IMG/VR virus record: IMGVR_UViG_3300030372_003259
Location: 1-32,713 of that record
Origin: a virus
Lineage: Duplodnaviria > Caudoviricetes
Length of the DNA: 32,713 nt
Strand: one strand, 5' to 3'
Part shown: in pieces, positions 17,862-23,569 of the stretch
Layout: each line of letters begins with the position of its first letter
Position numbering within the stretch: position 1 is the stretch's first letter
Notes under the pieces: generated by a model
What the model was told of the DNA's origin: nothing
Database searches by the model: none
Seen by the model: only the letters and a program-made list of their open reading frames with translations
Made by a program: the position numbers and the translations under genes

Positions 17862-18053
17862 AATAATTATACTGTTACATCGTATAGAGTAATAGTTTAG
17901 TACTAGTACGCAGGCAAACCCATATACTGTAAAGCAGTTGAACTTCCCTGTACGCGGTAAAACTAACTGCCTAACTATATGAGTTAGATGTTGGACTAAA
18001 CAAGTTTTATGTAACTAAAACATAACTTTGTAACAGATTAATTATTTTTTTTT
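17862..18053 (+). ncRNA. Putative pseudoknotted ncRNA domain C, raiA-motif-like core
   Basis: Closing stems AATAATTA/TAATTATT and CTGTTACA/TGTAACAG, inner GTTTAGT/ACTAAAC, CTAACT/AGTTAG, GTTTTA/TAAAAC, crossing pair GTATA/TATAC, core CGCAGGCAAA...GCGG...CTGCC; ends in T9. Confidence 0.7.
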
Positions 18054-18073
18054 GGTTAAACAAAATACCTAAG

Positions 18074-18088
18074 AATGTCAAACGATAG
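18074..18088 (+). repeat. Intergenic motif AATGTCAAACGATAG, further copy
   Basis: Identical to 11843-11857. Confidence 0.8.
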
Positions 18089-18106
18089 ATAATTTTTTTT
18101 AGATAC

Positions 18107-18135
18107 TTGCATTGATGACAATATCAAACTAGAGT
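18107..18135 (+). promoter_or_regulatory. Promoter yielding a leaderless mRNA
   Basis: TTGCAT-17-TAGAGT, then 7 nt to ATG at 18143; no RBS. Confidence 0.6.
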
Positions 18136-18142
18136 GAATACT

Positions 18143-18379
18143 ATGAATATAGATGAATTGCTGCTTGAAGCAGAACAAGGAAAACGTAGTCCAATATTAG
18201 CAAGAATAACAAAAGAAGCATTGCCTTTTTGGGAAGGATGTGAAGCTAAAGTACTTAATGGAACATCAATAAAACCATACGTAGTTATGCGTTTACTAAA
18301 GGAACATTTTAATGTGAAGATTAGTGAATCTGCTATACGTAATCACTTTGAAAATTTGGCTGCATCTAATGGCAAATAA
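18143..18379 (+). CDS. Small HTH-like hypothetical protein (start revised from 18134)
   Basis: VKISESAIRNH recognition-helix-like segment; leaderless promoter geometry. Confidence 0.75.
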   Translation: MNIDELLLEAEQGKRSPILARITKEALPFWEGCEAKVLNGTSIKPYVVMRLLKEHFNVKISESAIRNHFENLAASNGK

Positions 18380-19430
18380 AAAAAATATAGAAAAGCTTTT
18401 ACTAGAAGCTGAATCACAAGAAATACGTGATTTAAAAGCAGACAACCTTCGTTTATTAAAACAACTAGAAAAAGCTAAACGTAAAAAAGAAGATTTAATT
18501 GACGCTATATATCAAGCAGTATCTACTAATCTACGTACTTGGAATAAACCTAAAATACCTAAACCTCGCATTCATAAAAGAACAAAAGACGCAGAAGTTG
18601 CGGTAGCTGTTTTATCAGATATACAACTAGCTAAAGTTACACCAGATTACAATACATTAGTAGCGGAAGAACGTGTAATAGAATACGCGAACAAAATTGT
18701 TGAATTAACAAACGTACAACGTTCTGCACATCCAGTTAATAAATGCGTTGTATTAGCTGCAGGTGATATTGTTGAAGGTGAGCTTATATTCCCGGGTCAA
18801 ACACATCTTATAGATGCTTCGTTATATAACCAAGTTACAATAGATGGACCAAGAATATTGACAAAGTTTTTTGACATATTACTTGCTAATTTTAATGAAG
18901 TAGAAGTACATTGGGTGATAGGTAACCACGGCAGCCTTGGCGGTAGAGCAAGGAAAGACTACCATCCAGACTCTAATGCAGACAGAATGCTTGGAAAGAT
19001 TATGTCAATGGTATATGAGAAAGAAAACAGAATATCATGGACAATACCAGACAGTACAGGTGACAACCACTGGTTCGACATCGCAGATGTAGGTGAAGGA
19101 TGTAAATTCTTCGTATGGCATGGTGATAACGTAAGGGGACACAGCGGATTTCCTTGGTATGGTTTTGGTAAAAAGTTACTAGGGTGGAAAGCATTAGCGT
19201 CAAGAGGACTCATGCCCGATTTCGATTACGCTATTGCTGGCCACTTTCATACACCTACAACCATGTACGTTAATGACGTAAGGTTATGGGTTAATGGAAG
19301 CACAGAAAGTTACAACACTTACGCTTTAGAGCAGCTTGCAAGCATGGGAAGACCATGTCAATGGCTGTTATTTGCAAAGCCAGGAGCTGGAGTGACTGCT
19401 GAATACCTTGTAAATCTTAATAATGTATAG
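18369..19430 (+). CDS. Calcineurin-like metallophosphoesterase with N-terminal coiled coil (start revised to MANKK)
   Basis: Motifs SDIQ, GDIVEG, GNHG, HGD, GHFH. Confidence 0.9.
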   Translation: MANKKNIEKLLLEAESQEIRDLKADNLRLLKQLEKAKRKKEDLIDAIYQAVSTNLRTWNKPKIPKPRIHKRTKDAEVAVAVLSDIQLAKVTPDYNTLVAEERVIEYANKIVELTNVQRSAHPVNKCVVLAAGDIVEGELIFPGQTHLIDASLYNQVTIDGPRILTKFFDILLANFNEVEVHWVIGNHGSLGGRARKDYHPDSNADRMLGKIMSMVYEKENRISWTIPDSTGDNHWFDIADVGEGCKFFVWHGDNVRGHSGFPWYGFGKKLLGWKALASRGLMPDFDYAIAGHFHTPTTMYVNDVRLWVNGSTESYNTYALEQLASMGRPCQWLLFAKPGAGVTAEYLVNLNNV

Positions 19431-19437
19431 CTATAAT
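19408..19437 (+). promoter_or_regulatory. Promoter yielding a leaderless mRNA
   Basis: TTGTAA-18-TATAAT, then 7 nt to ATG at 19445; no RBS. Confidence 0.65.
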
Positions 19438-19444
19438 GTATAAT

Positions 19445-19615
19445 ATGAATGACTTAATTGTCAAGTCTAAATGGAAATTAAGTAGTATAGAGTACAGTGG
19501 TCTAGGTGACACACCATACTTTATATTAACTAATGACCAAGGTGAAACTAAGTTAGTACCTATTGAACGTGGTGTACATAACTTACGAAGCCTATTAGAC
19601 TTAGAAGAAGAATAA
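19445..19615 (+). CDS. Small hypothetical protein, 56 aa (MNDLIVKSKWKLSSIEY...), not in ORF track
   Basis: Open frame filling the gap; promoter directly upstream. Confidence 0.75.
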   Translation: MNDLIVKSKWKLSSIEYSGLGDTPYFILTNDQGETKLVPIERGVHNLRSLLDLEEE

Positions 19616-19670
19616 ATATTTTTTTCTATCTGTTCCTTTTGGACCAGATATAAAAAAAAGAAAGGATGTT

Positions 19671-20243
19671 ATGACTAATAACGTTGATTTACTATCCCCT
19701 TTTCCACAGGAGTTAGTAAGAAAAGCACCCGCAGGTAAGTTCGGTGATTATGTGCCACATGCACATTATGTAGAACGCCTAAGGGACAGTGGAATAAATT
19801 ACAAATGGGAATGCGAACCAGTGTATAGCACACACAATGGAGAACAACGTATTGTAGGTGCTAAAGGTACTATTACTTTAGACGGTATGGGTAGCTATAC
19901 AGGCTTTGGTGATGTAGATACATTTAAGTTAAACAACGACAAGTTTAATGATGGTAGCAACCTTAAAGACGCAGAGTCTGATGCATTTAAACGTGCATGT
20001 ATGAGGTTTGGCCTTGGCGTAGAGCTATGGTCAGGCAGTAAACAGTCAGAAGAAGAAGCTACTGCAGCTACTGAACCAGAAGATAAGGTTGAAGTAACTA
20101 AAATAGACATGCGTAAGAAAGAAAATAAGCCTACAGCAGAAGATATGAAACGTATGAATGACATTATGGATAGTATCGTAGGTGAAGGTACAGAAGATGA
20201 TACAGATATTAAACCATATCCTAAAGACGAAGCACCTTTCTAA
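19671..20243 (+). CDS. Rad52/Rad22-family (Sak-like) single-strand annealing protein
   Basis: Signature K.AESDAFKRAC..FGLG..L; acidic tail ending DEAPF. Confidence 0.85.
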   Translation: MTNNVDLLSPFPQELVRKAPAGKFGDYVPHAHYVERLRDSGINYKWECEPVYSTHNGEQRIVGAKGTITLDGMGSYTGFGDVDTFKLNNDKFNDGSNLKDAESDAFKRACMRFGLGVELWSGSKQSEEEATAATEPEDKVEVTKIDMRKKENKPTAEDMKRMNDIMDSIVGEGTEDDTDIKPYPKDEAPF

Positions 20244-20782
20244 TGCCTGACTTAGAGTTTATAGCCAGGACTATACACACAATGACTGAAGGTGTACAGA
20301 ATAAAGAAACATTACATAAGATTATGGGTACAGCTAATGAGTACGCTAAGACTATGAAGTTTCCTAAATCTAAGACTGAGTGGTCAGATGAACAGTTAGA
20401 CAAGTATTTTAACATGATTGAAAGACTTGTAGAACTACCTGTACAATACTCTCAAGCAGACTTTGATGAGTTAACATTAGAGGAAAGACTAGAAGCTGCT
20501 GGTTTAGCAGCGACAGACAAGACGGAGGGTCTACAACAACCCGGAGGTCTTGTCGGAGAGGTATTGAAAGATATGGAACAACAGAACAAGTATCGTGACG
20601 ATTTGAAATGTCCCTATTGTCAAGCAATGGTATATGATAATCGTAACAGCAAAAAGTCAGATAAAAGTCCAGACTTTACTTGCAGCACTAACGACCCTGT
20701 TGTATGTGGTGGTCATACAGGCAAATGGCGTAAGTCATGGTGGTTAGACAACACAGATATACCAGAGGAGTGGGGTATATAA
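20243..20782 (+). CDS. Hypothetical protein with C-terminal zinc finger
   Basis: CPYC...YDNR...K.PDFTC...C motif; coupled to the annealase gene. Confidence 0.8.
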   Translation: MPDLEFIARTIHTMTEGVQNKETLHKIMGTANEYAKTMKFPKSKTEWSDEQLDKYFNMIERLVELPVQYSQADFDELTLEERLEAAGLAATDKTEGLQQPGGLVGEVLKDMEQQNKYRDDLKCPYCQAMVYDNRNSKKSDKSPDFTCSTNDPVVCGGHTGKWRKSWWLDNTDIPEEWGI

Positions 20783-20880
20783 TGAATAGATTACAGCGTA
20801 GAGCTGCTAAATCTAAAAAGAAAACCAGATACAGAGGTTTAAGTAAACGACAAGTACTTACACCTGATAGCTGGAGATAA
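20782..20880 (+). CDS. Basic micro-protein, 32 aa (MNRLQRRAAKSKKKTRYRGLSKRQVLTPDSWR), not in ORF track
   Basis: TAATG overlap with the upstream stop; ends just before the next gene's AAGGAGG RBS. Confidence 0.7.
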   Translation: MNRLQRRAAKSKKKTRYRGLSKRQVLTPDSWR

Positions 20881-20889
20881 GGAGGTCTA

Positions 20890-21156
20890 ATGATACCTGA
20901 ATCATTTAGAGGTGAAGAAATACCAGCATATATTAAAAGTAAGACACAACTGGTAGCGTATGTTCTTACAAGATATATGGGAGAAAGTCCTATAAGTAAC
21001 TGGGAATTTGTAGCAGAATTATATTGTCATAGATTTGGTGGTATTATACACAATCTAAGACAAGAAGGTTACAAGATAACTACTTTACCTTCAAAGAAGC
21101 GTGGTTTAGTACATTACTATTGTACTGAATTACCTACGAAAGCTACCATTAGCTAA
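20890..21156 (+). CDS. Winged helix-turn-helix protein
   Basis: RFGGIIHNLRQEGYKITT pattern typical of phage wHTH proteins; AAGGAGG RBS. Confidence 0.75.
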   Translation: MIPESFRGEEIPAYIKSKTQLVAYVLTRYMGESPISNWEFVAELYCHRFGGIIHNLRQEGYKITTLPSKKRGLVHYYCTELPTKATIS

Positions 21157-21608
21157 TGATAGAACTAGTAGTTGGTTGTTTGTTTCCGCTTTCACTAACA
21201 ACTAACAACTTACCTGAATACCGTGACTGTCAAGTGGTGGAATATAACATTAATCATGTTATAGACTATACAGACATGGTATCCAGGTACTTTAAAGAGG
21301 AAGACATCTTGCAATCGCTTAACATCATCTATTGTGAAAGCAGCGGCAAAGTAAATGCCGTAGGTAACAATAAAGATGGTACGCAAGATGTTGGACTCTG
21401 GCAATTTAATGATGATACTTGGGCTTGGTTAAAACCTAAATTAAGTATAATAAGTCCAAGGACTAATCCAGAAGTATCTACAGCAGTTGCTTCATGGTTA
21501 GTATACAATGACGGTTGGCATCATTGGAATAGTAGTAAACACTGTTGGAAAGGAATAGATAATGAATTGTTGTGGTATAAAGTTATCCCAAGTATGCGTG
21601 GTAACTGA
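21156..21608 (+). CDS. SLT-family lytic transglycosylase
   Basis: Catalytic CESSG, GLWQF and GWHHW motifs; hydrophobic N-terminus. Confidence 0.88.
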   Translation: MIELVVGCLFPLSLTTNNLPEYRDCQVVEYNINHVIDYTDMVSRYFKEEDILQSLNIIYCESSGKVNAVGNNKDGTQDVGLWQFNDDTWAWLKPKLSIISPRTNPEVSTAVASWLVYNDGWHHWNSSKHCWKGIDNELLWYKVIPSMRGN

Positions 21609-21669
21609 CCAAGTATATTGTGATTACTGTGAAAAAGTATGGGGTCACGTAGATGAGTTTTTAGAATGA
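21562..21669 (+). CDS. Cys-rich micro-protein, 35 aa (MNCCGIKLSQVCVVTDQVYCDYCEK...), not in ORF track
   Basis: GGAAAGGA RBS; ATGA overlap with the next ORF; overlaps the SLT 3' end by 47 nt. Confidence 0.7.
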   Translation: MNCCGIKLSQVCVVTDQVYCDYCEKVWGHVDEFLE

Positions 21670-21845
21670 ACATAGACGATAATTTATATAGTTACAAAGT
21701 AAACAAAAAGTTTATGGAACAAGTAGACAGTATGTACAATTATCAATGTGAAGATTGTAATGATGTATATATGACAAACGTACCGTGGGATGTTAAGTGT
21801 CCCCATTGTATGGACAATTATTATAAAGGACAAGATGATTTATGA
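21666..21845 (+). CDS. Zinc-ribbon protein, 59 aa (YNYQCEDC...CPHC, FmdB-like), not in ORF track
   Basis: ATGA overlaps on both sides; two CxxC motifs. Confidence 0.75.
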   Translation: MNIDDNLYSYKVNKKFMEQVDSMYNYQCEDCNDVYMTNVPWDVKCPHCMDNYYKGQDDL

Positions 21846-22093
21846 GCAAAGATAATAAAATAGATTTAGATAAGATTAATATATTTACACATCATAAGTA
21901 TTTAAAAACATGGGCTGCAATGTTTAGTAAAGCATGTGGCAGTGATACTTTTGATGTAAAGCCAGATATGAATAAACTTAGATTCCTTATGGATAAGTTT
22001 GTAATGGATTATAACTGGCATTTAGAACAACTAGATAAGGACATGCAACATGACGCGCATGTAAAAGACTATCGTAAAATGGAAGAAGAATGA
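21842..22093 (+). CDS. Hypothetical protein (83 aa)
   Basis: ORF track; ATGA overlaps. Confidence 0.8.
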   Translation: MSKDNKIDLDKINIFTHHKYLKTWAAMFSKACGSDTFDVKPDMNKLRFLMDKFVMDYNWHLEQLDKDMQHDAHVKDYRKMEEE

Positions 22094-22284
22094 GTAACAT
22101 TAAATATGTTAAACAACTTTTAGATAAAGAAGAAGAAATTTGTATGCATACAAGTGGTATTAATGACTTAAGAAAAATTATTGCATTTCTTAAAACAAAA
22201 GATAATACAATCTTTTCTACAAATTGTGAATGTGGATTAGTAGCAAGAAAACATAAATCGTATGTTAAAGATTGGGCAACTTAA
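22090..22284 (+). CDS. Hypothetical protein (64 aa)
   Basis: ORF track; ATGA overlap. Confidence 0.7.
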   Translation: MSNIKYVKQLLDKEEEICMHTSGINDLRKIIAFLKTKDNTIFSTNCECGLVARKHKSYVKDWAT

Positions 22285-22294
22285 AGGAGGAATA

Positions 22295-22417
22295 ATGACA
22301 GCTAAAGAGCATCCAATGTACAACACATATTTATATTGGAAAAAAAATAAAGAAACTATTAAACAACGTATAGAAAATACTTTTGATTTAAAACATAAGC
22401 TATATAGAGATGTCTGA
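22295..22417 (+). CDS. Small hypothetical protein, 40 aa (MTAKEHPMYNTYLYW...), not in ORF track
   Basis: AAAGGAGG RBS; overlaps the HNH start. Confidence 0.75.
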   Translation: MTAKEHPMYNTYLYWKKNKETIKQRIENTFDLKHKLYRDV

Positions 22418-22688
22418 TATATCGCTTATACGTGAAAAAGCCATGGAACGTGCTAATTACAGCTGCGAATGGGCATACTGTACAGACAGTAGATGGTTAG
22501 AGTTAGCACATATCCAGGCAATTGGGATGGGTGGTAGTCCCAAAAGAAAGTTTGACATTAACAATGTAGCAATACTATGTAAACATCACCATGATATTTA
22601 TGATGGTAGACAAAGAGTGGGTAATAGTGTAGCGTACAGAGAACTGTTAATGGGTTTTTTAAAAAGAGAAACGTCTACAAAAGAATAG
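22410..22688 (+). CDS. HNH endonuclease
   Basis: CEWAYC...ELAHI...MGG...N...LCKHHH pattern. Confidence 0.85.
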   Translation: MSDISLIREKAMERANYSCEWAYCTDSRWLELAHIQAIGMGGSPKRKFDINNVAILCKHHHDIYDGRQRVGNSVAYRELLMGFLKRETSTKE

Positions 22689-22699
22689 CTAACGCGAAT

Positions 22700-22993
22700 T
22701 TATTTTTTTGGTTTCTTTTTAATATACATACCATACTTATCATATTCAGACAAGACTTCCATACTATTAGCTAACTCTTGATGATAAAAACCACGGTAAA
22801 CATTTGCTACATCTTTTGAAGTTAGTGATTCTTTTTTACCACCACCTGCAGCTTTAAATGCTTTGGCTGCTAATGCATTCTGTTGTTTAACACGTCTATT
22901 TAGTTCTTGCTTTCCAAGACCTTTAACACCTCGACCTACCCAAAAATCATTACTCCAGTTATATTTTCCTGAAGGTTTCATACGTTTAGCCAT
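22700..22993 (-). CDS. Basic hypothetical protein (97 aa)
   Basis: Lys-rich; TAATG-coupled; last gene of the late arm. Confidence 0.75.
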   Translation of the reverse strand: MAKRMKPSGKYNWSNDFWVGRGVKGLGKQELNRRVKQQNALAAKAFKAAGGGKKESLTSKDVANVYRGFYHQELANSMEVLSEYDKYGMYIKKKPKK

Positions 22994-23220
22994 TATGGAT
23001 TTAACTTTGTTCCAATATTATCACGATTTCTATCTTCCCAAGTTTTAATAGAAGATATTTGTTTATAATTAGGTTTTTGAACTCCTGTTGTTATATAATT
23101 ATCCATTTGTTGTCTAGCAGTCAATTTCATTTTCATTGCTTTTAACTTAGTTCTATATTGTTCAGCACGTAACTTTTTAGGTTTAGGTTTACGTTCAGGA
23201 TTTTGTTTAAGTTTAGGCAT
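22993..23220 (-). CDS. Basic hypothetical protein (75 aa)
   Basis: Lys/Arg-rich; TAATG-coupled. Confidence 0.75.
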   Translation of the reverse strand: MPKLKQNPERKPKPKKLRAEQYRTKLKAMKMKLTARQQMDNYITTGVQKPNYKQISSIKTWEDRNRDNIGTKLNP

Positions 23221-23285
23221 TAATATCTTCTTTTTTTGCCAGGTTTTTTATATGCAGTTTTTTTACCTTTTTTTGATATTGGCAT
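23220..23285 (-). CDS. Basic micro-protein, 21 aa (MPISKKGKKTAYKKPGKKRRY), not in ORF track
   Basis: GGAGG RBS; TAATG overlaps at both ends exactly fill the gap. Confidence 0.8.
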   Translation of the reverse strand: MPISKKGKKTAYKKPGKKRRY

Positions 23286-23569
23286 TATTTACCTCCGATT
23301 TGTTTCTTAGCGTAAGTTTTAACTACTGCTAACGCTGCTCCACCACCAGCTAACGCAGCTAGTTGTAATGTTTCAGCTTCTACACCTACTAAAGGTGCAA
23401 CTGTTAACGCACCTATAAAAGCTTCAATAAATGTCCAAGCTGTACGTTCTAACATATCTTTTAAATCTTCACTCATTTTGTAACTCCATGCTTCGGACCA
23501 AGGTGTCCACGCTACATCCTTCTTGAATGTACCATCTTGGTTACGTTTTCTATTTGATTTAACAAACAT
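23285..23569 (-). CDS. Holin, r1t-like (actinobacteriophage type), with N-terminal extension
   Basis: DMLERTAWTFIEAF motif, two hydrophobic segments, basic C-terminus. Confidence 0.75.
   Translation of the reverse strand: MFVKSNRKRNQDGTFKKDVAWTPWSEAWSYKMSEDLKDMLERTAWTFIEAFIGALTVAPLVGVEAETLQLAALAGGGAALAVVKTYAKKQIGGK

Noticed and set aside
17570-18053. tRNA, tmRNA or group I/II intron
   Set aside because: No T-loop GTTCRA or cloverleaf, no tmRNA ends, no recognisable P7 or domain V, and the flanking genes are intact.
11843-18088. AATGTCAAACGA read as antisense sigma70 promoters (contains TTGACA on the minus strand)
   Set aside because: No TAnnnT -10 at 16-18 nt in any of the three copies; kept only as an unexplained motif.
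22689-22710. Bidirectional terminator at the convergence of the two arms
   Set aside because: Only 11 bp between the stops and no convincing GC-rich stem.
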